A DNA stretch of 61,681 nucleotides, counting the filler, from Sphacelaria rigidula (Eukaryota), in assembly GCA_964200075.2 (NCBI GenBank). It is 6 parts of 6 records of this genome, joined end to end, with 100 filler letters (N's around TTAATTAATTAA, not from the genome) between each part and the next. Parts side by side here need not be neighbours in the genome. Positions count along the whole stretch, not along the records: positions 1 to 10,197 come from CAXNAA020006947.1; positions 10,298 to 20,494 come from CAXNAA020006948.1; 4 more parts are not named here. One strand, written 5' to 3'. Positions 1-11,850 of this stretch are shown here, one piece after another (within the stretch, counting starts at the first letter, position 1; the number at the start of each line of letters is the position of its first letter). A program made the position numbers and the translations under genes. The notes under the pieces are model-generated. The model made no database searches. It was not told where the DNA came from and saw only the letters and a program-made list of their open reading frames with translations.

Positions 1-236
1 GGGTCTTGTCCCAAGCCTCGGTCCTTCACCACAACAGCTTCCCCCCCCCCCCCGCGGCTGTGCTGTCTTGACTGTTTCATAAACGCAAGCACGGGGTATT
101 GCAGCACCATGTACGACAGGGGCAGTAGGCCATCAGTAGTAGAGTAGAGTACAGCAGTATGTACCGGAGGGCCAGGAGGAGGTCGTTAGTGTTGTACAGA
201 CACACACCACCAGACTGCTTTCGAAAACGCGGTTAA

Positions 237-334
237 CCCTTCGACCGCGACAGTAGGTCGTCTGCTGAATCGGCATCGATTTCCTGAGAAAAGTATTGTA
301 ATCGAGATGGACTATCCGCACCGCGGTACAAGGG
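237..334. mobile_element. 98-bp piggyBac-type MITE
   Basis: TTAA(233-236)|CCCTTCGACCGCG ... CGCGGTACAAGGG|TTAA(335-338). The 13-bp TIRs match at 11/13, the ends are CCC..GGG and TTAA is duplicated, which is the piggyBac signature. Confidence 0.65.
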
Positions 335-1703
335 TTAAACATAGAAATGAGGCTCAACTCCAAAATACTTTCTCTGACCTGGAGTCATGACAAGTTACTT
401 TCACTTGGACGACCTTATGCCCCCCGACCTCCCTGGTTTCTCGTCTTCCGTTCCCTCAAGGGTGTTTGCGAAAACACCATTTTCGGGCTAAAAAAAGGCG
501 CCCCTTTTTTCACCCCCAAATCGAGGGAAGAAGGTGCTCTCGCACATAGGGGGAACGGAAGATGGGAAACGCCCCCAAACAGTCCAGGGAGGTCGGGGGG
601 CTGGAGGTCGTCCATATGAAAGTAATTTGTCATGACTTCAGGCCAAGGAAAGCACTGATGTGGAGTTGAACCTCATTTTTGATGTTCAAATTCATTTTCG
701 GAAATGTTCTGTTGAACGATAGCTTCGAACTATATACGCGTGCAGCGGTGGCAGCATGAAGCAGCCGCAGCAGTGTGCAACAGAGGGCATACGTTAAGCT
801 ATCCTTGAGTTCAATGTGCGTGCACGTATCCTCGTACCAGTGCAGCACAGCCAGTACCGTACGGTACGACTAATACCCCGGTACAGAACGGACACAATCG
901 TAAAGTTGGTTCGATGGCTTATTTTCAGCAATCTGTACACTACTGTGTAACAGTCAGCACAGTATTGCACAAAAGTCGATACGTGGTGTACAGCGCCACA
1001 GCAGCATCCACGAGGGTGGCAAACATGACAAAAACAGGAGAAGCACCAATTGTAGCAAGCTGTAGCAAGTATATGCTCGTGGTGAGCTTGACCCTGATGT
1101 ATTAGGCCATTGATTGCATCTTCAGTGAGTGGTGTACTTGTACGTCGTCTAGGGTGTGTTTTAGCTCATCGGGATCACACTTTGGCGTTGCAGTTCTTCT
1201 ACTGTGGGAAGTGCGGACAGCGTTTTTTTCCGTGGCCTTTGTTGGAGGAGTTTCCCATTGTTTTCTTCAGGCCACTTGACCTCTAGCGGCTAGCGACGTG
1301 ATCAACGGCACTGTAGTCAGCGTTGTGCGTGGTTATCACGTGGGCCCTTCTAATGCCGTGGTTGGCGCTTCCAGTATTTTTGCCCTTGTGTGCATGCATG
1401 ATATCTCAGTCTCTTGTGTAAAAGGTGGACGGTATTCGCATTCAGCGATCATTTGGTACAGATGTTTGAGATGTTATTGCTGTTGCGTGGCCTCGGCGCA
1501 ATTTTTACAAGCATTCGCACGCACACCGCCGATGTCTGTGGTCCTCTGATGCACACTCGCCCCACCTACTTTTCAACTTCACGGCAAAAAATGTCCGAGC
1601 TGACTCAGGGATGAGCGTGTAAATGGGTTATCATCTAATCAAGCGCGCCACCCCATTGCTTGACCCTTTACCCTTGATTCCTCTGAAATTGTGACTACTG
1701 TAG

Positions 1704-4700
1704 ATCGAGGATGCGCTGGAAACGCTGGTGTCCCAGACAGGGAAGGCAGGCGGCGAAGCCGAGGCCTCGGTGGCAGGTACAGCACAAAGTCGGACCATAG
1801 AGTGACGGAGAATGATGGGAGACCAGTTTTTTGTATTTCGGATTACTCTTGACAACGCATCGGCCACGCCGCCCGCCGTAAGTCGCTCCGTTGAAGAGAT
1901 ATCGTGACATCTCTGTTACACGAGAACGTCCGGGGTACACCACCCAGCCTTTTGCAAAGATCATTGTGAATACGCTATTTATTTTTGCAGGAGTGTCTGC
2001 TGCAAGTTGTCTCGCGGCATAACCCGAGGGCTGAGGCATCTCCCTGAGTGTTGCTACAAATGCGCGCTGAAAGTGTTGTACGACGTATATGTGACACTAG
2101 ACCGTAGAGGACACGCGTTACCTGGTGACTGCCCGCGCAGCCCGTGAACGCTTTGCACCCCATGCTCCGTGCATGGACGACAGAGTTGCTTCTCGCGGAG
2201 TGCTGTTGAATACGAACATGCTCGCGTCCATTCATGGTAGTATTCCCGCGTGAGCTCTAACCCCCCAATGTGCGGGTACTGTGCCACTGCAACGACCTGT
2301 GCGCCCCAGGTGAGGTCGGTGTGCAGCTCATGCACCTATTCACTGAAGCCGCGACAGCGGCGACTCAACCCGGCGGACTCTCGTCTCCGATGGTACGGAG
2401 CACGTCCGCTCTGACCTCCGCCCGCGCCACCCAAGTCGCAGTGGCGCGGGCGTTGAACCGTGTGGCGGCGGCAAGTGACGCCTGTCGACGAACCGTCATC
2501 CGTTTGGCGAGGGACCCTCAGCTACTCGCGCGTTTGGTGTCCCTGTCGGCAGAAGAAATGGAGGTAGGAAACGTGGTGAAGTAGGACATATCCAAGAGTT
2601 GACGACTAGTACTGTTCGGTATCCGTGTGGAAACACAGAGAGTTGCGAGGTGACCAACAAGTACTGTCTAACCGGTTACATCCATTTTTTTTTCTGACCC
2701 GTTTCTCACGCCATATCTCGTACCTTATATGCACACTATCGCTTATGCTTCGTGATCGACACTGTAGGCTTGTTTGTCTGCCGCGATCCAACGGTGGTAG
2801 TTTCAGAGAACTAGAAAGTTTTTACTTCAACATGACTTGGTTGGTGATCCAAGTTCCTCGATCCTGCGATTAAGTGTTCTGGGTTGACTGTTGAAGTTAC
2901 GATGTACAGAAAACGGAGTTCGAGAACCACTTTAGTCGCAGCCAGCCAGCGCGTATGTCGGGCGCAAGTCAAGCGACCATGTAGGTGGCGTTTGGACGCT
3001 GTCATAATCGCAACAAACCCTGCGTGAAGCCTCTGCTCGACCCGCGCTTTGATGTGAACATGGGCATAGCGTGTGCGAGCTAGAGTGCAACTTGATCGCT
3101 TATTTGCCTCCGACCGTTTCCTTGTGTCCTGTTTGCCTTTACAGGCAATAGAGCTCGGCAATATCCCAGATGCGCTACCGGGTCTATCAACAAGCAGTCG
3201 CTGGTCGCTAGGCTCGTTGAGTATTCTTCCGACTTCGACAGGGCCAACATCTTGCATGTCCGATGATGCTGATGACGATCCAGAGACAAGCAATCAACAC
3301 CTGCAGCCATCATCTCCCCTCAGCAAGGACAACAGCACCGCTAACACCAACGCGTTCTTCCCTCCATCCCCATCACAATCATCCAGTGTCGTTGTGAGCT
3401 CGTGGCCACCGTCCCTCCTCGGCGGGCCGGGCACAACTTCGTCTTTTTTCGGTGGCAGCGGCGCCGTCGCAAGCTCCAGCGCTGGCCCGGGGTTCACCGA
3501 AGGGGGATCCGCGAGCAAGGCTACTTCGGTCGCCACAGGCAGCGGAGGTGGTACAGCTGGCCCCGTGCCAACCTCATGTCAGTTTCGATTAGACGATGTG
3601 CTAGAAGAGGAAGAGGAAGAGGAAGGACCGATAGATGCGGATCCGGAGAATTTTGAGGCCGAGGAAGATGCGGGATTGGAGTTGGGGATGGACGGGATTC
3701 CGGCGCCGACGGGGAGTAAATCGCCGCATCGAAGGAGGGTTCGAGGACGAAGCAGTAGCGATATGAGCGCCCGACGGTTGGACAGCTTTTCTGGAGCTTT
3801 TGGTGTGGCTGGCGGCGGTGGCGAAGGCGGGATCGGCGATGGCGGCGGCGTTGGGGCTGGAGGTGCAGGCGGGGAGTCGAGAGCGCGAAGTGAGCAGTCG
3901 CTTGGCGGGAGTTCGTGGCATGGGTCGAATCATGCTGCGAGGTCGGCGGGAGTGGTGGATGGAGGCGGTGGAGGGTGGGGGGTGCCCGATTACGATCTAT
4001 ACGCGTTCGTGCGGTGGTGAGGACTTATTTGGTGGCCGTGCCCCTTGATGTATTAGACTGTCGTGGTGTTTAGTTTGTTTCGGCTGTGGGTTTTGGCTCG
4101 TGTGGCTCGGTTGCATCCTGCTGTGTGATCGGGCGGGCCATAGCTGCACTCGTATGCTATGCTTCTACAGGTGTATGTATGGCCTTGCTCGTGAAAATGG
4201 TGTATTTGATGTCATCGAGTGTGGATAGCGTCCAGTTGCGCACATGTTTCCGTGTCTTGTGATTTGCATCCTCAAACAACTGGTATGACTTCAAAGCTTC
4301 TTCTGCAGCACTCGCTGCAGAAGAAGGTTGATTTCCTGAGCACTGAGGGTAGTGGAGGGCGTGTTCCTTTAATCCTGATGTAGAGCGTGTCGCTCTTCCG
4401 CACCTTCATTGATGGACACTGGGGAAAAGTCCCCGAGGCATCACAAAGCCAGTGTTTGAACTTACAAATATTTAGTTGAATGCCAACTCTGACAGGCGAT
4501 CACTCAACTGACTGGCTAAATAACTAGCGTGATGTTTCTTCCGTTTCATGGCGTGAAAACTAGGACACGAGGCCGTTTCAGCGGACTGAGCAAACAGTGT
4601 AAAACTATGTGGAATCGTGTCTGCAGGTACAACGCCGAAGACAGGCGGGAGATGAGGGAAGGTGTTCGTCGACGAGTGTCCAAGGCGCTGGCTCCGTTTG

Positions 4701-4807
4701 TGAAGGCACGGAACAAGAGCACAGCCAAGCAGGCGCAGAAACGAGAAAAATATTTGCGGCAGGCACAGAAACGCGAGGCGGAGGCCAGTGCTGCTAAAGA
4801 AAAGTGA
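1704..4807 (+). pseudogene. Degenerate intron-containing hAT-like transposase relic
   Basis: hAT-like motifs occur in the expected order: ITLDNAS (1851-1862), LLDPRF (~3033-3050) and W...FPE...SFNPDVERV (~4280-4390). Exon-like segments have AG/GT ends (1704-1877, 1991-), with in-frame stops (e.g. TGA 1803). Includes the Ser/Gly/Glu-rich ORF 3073-4020 and the basic helical tail 4529-4807. Confidence 0.45.
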
Positions 4808-5954
4808 GGGATGGTCGTGCACCGCTGTGGTACAGTACAAATAAATGTACAAATTTCTGCCTAGCTGAAACGTCGGACCTGAGGTGGCCCGCTTCTCACA
4901 CAGTTGCCGGTAACAAGGGGACTATGCCTCAGAAAACGCGAGTGTGATGGCCCAGCTGCTGATAAACCACGCAATATCTTGATCTAGGCGCTTTGTGTCT
5001 ACGTATATTGGTGTGGTGGTTTCTTCGGCCGAATAGTCGCATCTTGGCTTGGACGCATTCCGTAGGGATACGCCCTAGTTCGGACATGAGCGAGAGTTTG
5101 ATGCAGGCCAGGCATACGATTCGGACCTATTTTCCATGAATATCCACAAAATAACGAACACGTGTCAAGTTTCAATCTCCGACAGCCCGACGGGCGTAAG
5201 TGACGTTAACTTGCACGCCATGTATGGACCTCGATATGGAAACTTCAAATACCTCTGACTCGCTACAGATAGCACGCTGTGCGCCCAACCTATTAATTGT
5301 AGCAATACCTGCCTGCACCTGACAGGGAGGGGCTTTTATGAACAATTTCAGGAAGGCATCGGGGCGATTCCGAGATCAATCCGTTTTGCACACGCGTTGA
5401 AGGCTTAAAAGGTATTCTGCCCTCGGCTCCGAATTTCTCTGCGAGAAAAACACTCGATTTTCCACGAAATCGTCGTCGACGCTTGGGCATACACAAAGCA
5501 CCAAGCAGCGGTCCACAACTTGGGAACATCTGCCGAACTGAAGGTGTCCAAAAATTCCGGTTTTTTGTTCGGGACATGTCGAGAATTGTATGTGGTTGCC
5601 CCGTCTGCTGTCCTGTCCCAAAGCCAATGAATCGAGCAACGGCCGTTTGGTGTGATATTTGTCAAGTGGACACGGCCAACACCGTGACGCGCGCCCAACT
5701 CATTCGTATCACAGAACATGAAGGTGGTCACGCACCGTTCGGTTTCCCGGATCGTCGTGAATATATGCCACATTTGATGTCACGATTCGATTAGTCACTG
5801 TACTGAATGTTTTGATCACGTGGATATGAAGATTTCCGAGTCACCACCACCAAGGCTTTGGTGAGATTGAGCGTATAGCATTGGACAGAGTCATCTTTTT
5901 CATGTCCACTTGAAGAGTTACTACGTGACCCTATGTCCCCACAGTGGCGGTCAA

Positions 5955-6105
5955 AGGGTGAAGATTCCGACGAGTTAGTCGTTTGATGTATATTCTGAAA
6001 GCAAATAGACGCCAATATACGATTCTTTGAAATCGCGACGGGTCAAAATACTCAACACTCGCACTCAACGTATTGATCGGAAGAACATTTTCGGAGTGCA
6101 TGGGA
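5955..6105 (+). repeat. Dispersed repeat, homologous to 13110-13173 plus 13577-13665
   Basis: AAGATTCCGACGAGTTAGTCGTTTGATGT matches 13114; TACGATTCTTTGAAATCGCGACGGG...ATCGGAAGAACATTTTCGGAGTGC matches 13578-13660. Confidence 0.7.
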
Positions 6106-8826
6106 TTATGAACTACAGGTATTCATAACCTGACCGACGTACAGCGGCGCATTAATGAGGGGAATATTTACATGGTTGATGCACCCGTTCCATATTTTTC
6201 ATTTTCTTATAAGTATAATAGCTCCACAACTCGGATCGTTCCCATGGTTACTCGTCAGTGTTCCGCCTAGTAATGGAACACACGAAAACAACCATCTTCT
6301 GATCAAGAGCTGACTCTCCATCATCAGCTACACTCAATCTCGCGAAAACTTGTCCACCGCGACATGGTTTGGGCATCACGCGTTGAATCTCAAGCCCGTC
6401 ATTTTGGAGGTCCTTTTCGGCATGAGACGCCAGCGCCCCCGTGTCACTCATGTCCCGTTGCGCTACCGTTTATCGGAGTTGTAGCTTATGAGCTCGTGTG
6501 GCGAAAATTGAGTTGTCGATAGTAAAACATGATGGCAAGCAATCCCATTGGCCAACGATTATTTCCCCCGTAGTGACTTGCCCCTCGAAGCACGAAAGCG
6601 ACGCGATGGGTCCACCCAACAAAAAGAAGGAACCTGTTTCCCATAGGAGACTCGATTTTGTCTTGTTCGATATTGTGGGTTTTCATCGGAGACAGGTCCG
6701 CATTGCATGCCAGGTCCACAGCTAACCGTATGCCTCGACAATTACCAATTGGCAGGCAAATCATCGCGCTTTGATATGAGTCAATTCCTCGCCTGACCAT
6801 ATGCCTCGTCATGCCCTGAAACCGCGCAACCGCAGGGCGGCGACCGATGCCCTCGAGCGCTGTCGAGCGCACGCGGAACGCTGTGCCGAGCGCGCATCCA
6901 CAACCGTGGACAGCTGGTTGGGACAGCGTCGGCGGAGATGGGAGGCAGGAAGGATGCGGTGCGAGGAACTCGCACCACCGGCAGGGGCCAGGACAAAGGT
7001 ACGGGGAGAGTCTGTTGCTGTCCCCGCCACAGAAAACGCCTCCGCTGCTACCGTTGATGGTGTCACGCTGTTGAGCGAATGGAGTGAGTCGCACGGGGGG
7101 GGTGGGGCGGTTTTGGGTGGGGGTGGAGTTGGGAATGTCCGATCAGAGCGGGGGTATTCTGCGTTGGATTGGGATTGGGGAAAAGAGGGACAGGATAGAT
7201 TGAGCTTCGAACATTTCTTCGAAACATTCGCGGGGTGCGGGGGTGAGCAGACGGCGGAGTGTGGTTTATAGTGAGAATGGGGAACTAACTCATGAGGCAG
7301 GTGGGTACGATATTGTGATCAAATGTTTTCTGCTTTCTGCGCGAAGCCGGTTTTTTGTGCTTGTCTGCGCGCTCGTGGCGCGATGGTTAAAATGAAGTGT
7401 TTTCATGTGATGTACTCTAGGCTGGGTCTTGTTTGTATCCGTACGTGTTCATTGTGGATTAGCTGTACGTAGTACGCGGTTCGTGATGCCGCTGTTCATG
7501 CGAGCGCAGTTCGTCTGTGTTGTGTGGTGGTTTGATATTTTTGCTGCACGCGCTTTTGAGATCTTGAGGGTTGGAGCGCGATGAAAAACCCTGCGCTTTA
7601 CGCAGGTGCTTGTAGCTGTTTGATTACGTGGAGGCGGCAATTGACGCTATCGTATTTGCTATTATAGTTTCGTGTTGCAAATTGTGGGTCGATCGAGAAT
7701 ACAGTAGCTGCCTCGGTCTGCGGTAGTGCTGTGTTTTTTACGCCTGTAGGCCATTAGGTTTTATGTTGGGGTGCTGTATGTGTGGCGTAGTCCGCATGCG
7801 CTGCTGCTTGTTCTTGGTAGTTTGATGCGAATCAGACAGGGGTTTCCGGCTTCTCATGTTCGGGTTATGTAAAAAGTAGTAGTTATGAGTATACGTCCGT
7901 GCGCGTAAACACACCATTGAGTTGACCACGCTGTTACGAATCGCTATTTTTATTCAGTTTATCGATTTTGTCATCGTATTTAGCTGTCAAGCTGTCTCGA
8001 ACCCGGGTTGGTTTACGCTCGAACATCATGTTGGTGTGAAGTGATTTTGCAGGGCTGGAGAGCAAGAAGGGGACCGGAGGGGGTTGGACACACAGTAAAT
8101 AAGCCAGGCCAGTTTATGAACAGTACCTATATAGTGCCTCCATGACTGTCGTGTTCGATCACCTGATCACGTGAGGCACAATAAAAGTGTATAGTCTATT
8201 TCCCCCCTCTTGAAGAGTATTCAAAATCAGCTGACGCGCCAGCTCTGAGGTGCTGCACTTTTGAAAAGACACAAGTCAACTGGTGACTGCTGTGTGAGTG
8301 CTGACATGAGGACTGTTATCCGAGTCATGCCCAACCCAGCACAGTACCGTGATCAATTCTCATGGCTCTGAAATGTTTGATGAATTGTGCTCGAAATGGT
8401 GGCAACTTCTCTCCATCCTGGATGACTGATTCTCCGCAGCGGGAACGTAACCCTCCTGACCAAAATCAGCAGTGGTCCCCAGTGTCCGTGCCGGCTGGTG
8501 ATCGCCCTTTCTCCGCAAACCTGGCCGAAACAAAGCAAAAAAGGTCAAGAGAGTCGGCCGAAGCGGGAAGCAAGATCATGATGGGTAGTTTCGGGTGTTA
8601 CTGTGTTGCCTGATGCATGACATAAAATTCTTCAAGCTGTTGTAGAGACCGCACCTTATGACGGCAGGACACCTGTTCAACACTTGAAGACACTGGTAGG
8701 GGATCATAATTGTGGAACGGTGATGACTGGTTCGGATTACACGTTGTTACATCTGTGTGTACATGAGATGGGACCCGTTGTTTGGATGCAACGCTGAGCC
8801 CAGCCCGGGTTCCACCGAGTGTGAAC

Positions 8827-9079
8827 GAGTGATGCTACGGTAGGGTTGTACTTTTTGAGCGAAAATGTTTCTCGGGGTGTTGCAAGCATCATTTTGAGAA
8901 TCGGCATCATTTTCACTTCAAGAAGACTGAATATGATGCCGATTCACGATAAGGCCCCTGTGTACATCTCCATGTCCTGTCCCCTGAGATTTGTGTTGCA
9001 CGGTAAGTCCCACATATTTGAGCTCCTACAAAAACGAGACCCAGAAACAAAAAGTGCAACCCCTATCGTAGGATTGGTG
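8827..9079. mobile_element. ~253-bp MITE, GAG-ended (Sola-like) family
   Basis: Left end GAGTGATGCTACGGTAGGGTTGTACTTTTTG; right end reverse-complemented CACCAATCCTACGATAGGGGTTGCACTTTTTG. Flanks GAAC/GAAG form an imperfect 4-bp TSD. Same terminal core and length as 59334-59591 and 61160-61414. Confidence 0.6.
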
Positions 9080-9662
9080 GAAGCCGCATGCTAATCGCGA
9101 GTAAATATACTGTATACAACAGTGTGCCTTAGTATGCTGTTACACATGGAGGTCGGTGGGCAGATGAAATTTCAAGGGCGCAACAAACAACATCCGCGGC
9201 GTGGTTTTGGCACCCACCTATTCCAACCAAGAGGCATTGGTATGCACATTGATTAAGCGCCATATGGTGGCTCCTACAGATTTGAACACTGCTGGTTCGC
9301 GGTCATGCTCGCAACAGCTTCCTGAGGGTTTTTTCAAGTAGTTTTGCCTCACCCTGAACACACGCCAATCATCTTTCGACATGTTTCACATCTTTTTTTG
9401 CCTACAGTAGTTGATCAGCTATCTGACTGTGGTGGTATAGTTGTTGCTACTCCTCACAATTGCACAGGTTTCCCAGCCAAAAAAGGATTTCGAAAAAGCA
9501 ACTTGCACGAAATTTTGGTCAAGATTTCGCATATAAATAGTTGCGCGTATTTTGGTAAAGAGGTGTTGACGTACAACAGGATGCGCGAAATTTCGACTGA
9601 TAGTTGTCTATAGGATTAGTTGTGTCATATTGTCATCCACTGGATAGTATACTGGAGTATAC

Positions 9663-10037
9663 ACCGATCGCCCCGGTGGCTCAGTTGGTAACCTCGTAAC
9701 CTTCTGATGGTTGAGTAGTGGTGTTCGACTCCCGGAGCGATCTGGAATCTTTTCTCACACCATGCCCAACAGTGGAGTGGAGAGCGACTATGTCGTGGGT
9801 ACACAAAATTCGACTTAGCGATCGACGAGGGAAGGGGACTGCTGAACCCCTCTCGCGATAAAAAATAAAGGTAAGCACCGCAGAGGGAAGGTGGAATATA
9901 AAAAACAAATAAAAAGGAAAAAGCTCCTGTGTTGACCTTCCTCCTGTATGACCCCGGCTGATGCGCCCACAGAATATACCGAAAGGTGTAGGCTGGTGCC
10001 CAGAATAAATGGGACGACAACACAACAACAACACACA
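9663..10037 (+). mobile_element. tRNA-derived SINE, family A, near full length
   Basis: A box TGGCTCAGTTGG (9677), B box GTTCGACTCCC (9723), a body of ~300 bp shared with 49622-49997, 32049-32325 and 39395-39545, and an (ACA)n/CA-rich tail. Confidence 0.8.
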
Positions 10038-10197
10038 TTGGATGTCTACAGGTAACCATAACAGTTGCACAGGTTTCTCATCCGGCAGTTGTTGCTTTTG
10101 TGCAGCTAGTTGCGCAATTCCCTTATAACAGCCAATCATCTATATTGAGGATGGTGCTATTGATTGAGGATGAGAACCCGGAGGATTAAAATCTTCG

Positions 10198-10297
10198 NNN
10201 NNNNNNNNNNNNNNNNNNNNNNNNNNNNNNNNNNNNNNNNNTTAATTAATTAANNNNNNNNNNNNNNNNNNNNNNNNNNNNNNNNNNNNNNNNNNNN
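10198..10297. other. Artificial contig spacer (N...TTAATTAATTAA...N)
   Basis: 100-bp N run with a six-frame-stop linker at 10242-10253. Confidence 0.98.
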
Positions 10298-10400
10298 TTG
10301 TTGTCTTCACATTACAAACCTTTCCGATATCTGCGCGGTACATTGGTACTGAGCATCTTACGCGGACGCCTTCCGTGTTCACAGGCTAGCAGAAGAAACC
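10298..10400 (-). mobile_element. 3' end fragment of the RTE-like LINE family
   Basis: TTGTTGTCTTCACAT...TCACAGGCTA matches the LINE tail at 21590-21690 and 50805-50905. Confidence 0.7.
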
Positions 10401-10499
10401 AAAATAAAATAAAATATATCCAGAGTGAAAAAACTCACAAATTATACTATACGTAGTATTTAGATGATGAGACACTCATGACGCAGTGTATAAGCCATG

Positions 10500-10790
10500 G
10501 CTGCCCCTGGAAGTGGCGATACCAGAAAATGGGGCTCATCGGAGGCTGTTATCCAAATGCAAGATAATCAGCACGCTTCGGGCCGAACGATCTTAGCAGG
10601 ATGCAGCTCACCCTCTATGCATGTGACTTGCCGAACACACCGTGGCGCTTTGCGCTTGGTGATTGATTGCGAGCCTGGTCCGGCGCAAACCCGGCGTTCT
10701 CCGTCCCGGCTTTATAGGGATGCGAGGTCAAAGGTCATATCTCTATGCCATGCAAGATCATGAGTACACCCCCTCCCCCCCCCCCCCCTC
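10500..10790 (+). repeat. Dispersed repeat ending in CATGAGTACACCCCC
   Basis: Colinear with 52530-52793; a rearranged partial copy lies on the - strand at 41189-41290. Confidence 0.8.
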
Positions 10791-11223
10791 CTGTTATAGG
10801 GGTACGGGTGAAGTTGCGAGTAAGAGTCGAGCCCCTAGTTGCCATTTGACGTGACATCTCTCAGGTACAAGCTGTTGTTGAAAGTCACGCTGAAGTCCTG
10901 TGTAACTTGTGTGGTGGCATTGGAACTCCCCTCTTCTTTACGTTTTGCGTGTTTCGAGCTCGCCCGGTATTTGCAACTCTTCCGGCGGTACGTTATTCCT
11001 AGCGTGCGTTCTCTTTTCAGCATGCGCGTCTCGTACTCGGAACGCCATTCGTCTAGAAATGTTCGTAGAGCCGTTGAATAACCCTGAATATACTTTCGTC
11101 ATGGACGATGGGTTCTGCACGTTGCGTCCAAACTGTGTGTCCGCCTGTGGTGGTAACGTGTCGCAGTCCTTGCAACCATGTTCTCATTAGATGTGTTTGT
11201 TCGGCGGTGCCGGACTTTTCCAG

Positions 11224-11399
11224 ATTTTATGTCAGTTCGGGAAGGAGATCCTGTACCTCAAGTCCCGCATGGGCTTCGTGAAGCTAGCCCTCAGGAATGA
11301 TATTCCTCTTGTGCCGGGATACGTGTTTGGCGCAAACGACGAATACCATACCTCTACATTTCTTCAGAGCTTACGGCTCAGCGTGGTCCGCCGACTCAG
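11224..11399 (+). CDS. DGAT2/MGAT (DAGAT family) acyltransferase, penultimate exon
   Basis: ttccag|ILCQFGKEILYLKSRMGFVKLALRNDIPLVPGYVFGAND...RL AG|gtatgc. Carries the RxGFVKLAL...LVPxYxFG motifs of DGAT2. Phase 2 joins the next exon. Confidence 0.88.
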
Positions 11400-11552
11400 G
11401 TATGCGTACTGCACCAACCTCTATGGTGCACTCGGCTAGCCTTGTTGCTTCCCACTAAACCGTCTAATTGCCGCTCTTCTCGTCCCCACTAAACCGTCTA
11501 ATCGCTTCTGATGAACCATTGCGCTGATCAACATACCTTGGATGTTGTACAG

Positions 11553-11850
11553 GGTTGCCTTGCCCCTGTTCTGGGGGCGATTTGGGCTAATGATCCCGCG
11601 TCAGGTTCCTCTTCGCGTAGTCTTCGGAGCGCCCATCTCGTTCGGTAAACAAGGCGGTGGTTCAGCTGGCGATAGTAGCGGTAGCGGCAGTAGTAATAGA
11701 GGCGGGGGCGATGCAACAGGGGGTTTGCGGGATGTGAGCGACGAGGAATTGAAGGAGGCCCATGCGGCATACATTGTTGCCGTAAAGAAGCTGTTCGATG
11801 ACAACAAAGCCCGATTTGGATACGCCGAGCGAGAGCTGCAAATACTGTGA
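11553..11850 (+). CDS. DGAT2/MGAT acyltransferase, last exon
   Basis: gtacag|G VALPLFWGRFGLMIPRQVPLRVVFGAPI...AHAAYIVAVKKLFDDNKARFGYAERELQIL*. Typical DGAT2 C-terminus. Upstream exons were not found in this contig. Confidence 0.9.

Noticed and set aside
6801-7271. GC-rich 156-aa ORF
   Set aside because: No recognisable domain or linked exons; left unassigned.
8260-8680. Possible MULE transposase C-terminal relic (KPGRNKAKK, Cys pairs)
   Set aside because: Too degenerate to call without a profile search.
9670-9740. Possible tRNA gene (also 49628-49700 and 33540-33610)
   Set aside because: A and B boxes are present, but there is no proper cloverleaf and each is followed by a repeat body, so these are SINE heads.
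10242-10253. TTAATTAATTAA palindrome repeated five times at fixed spacing
   Set aside because: Artificial six-frame-stop linker inside N spacers.
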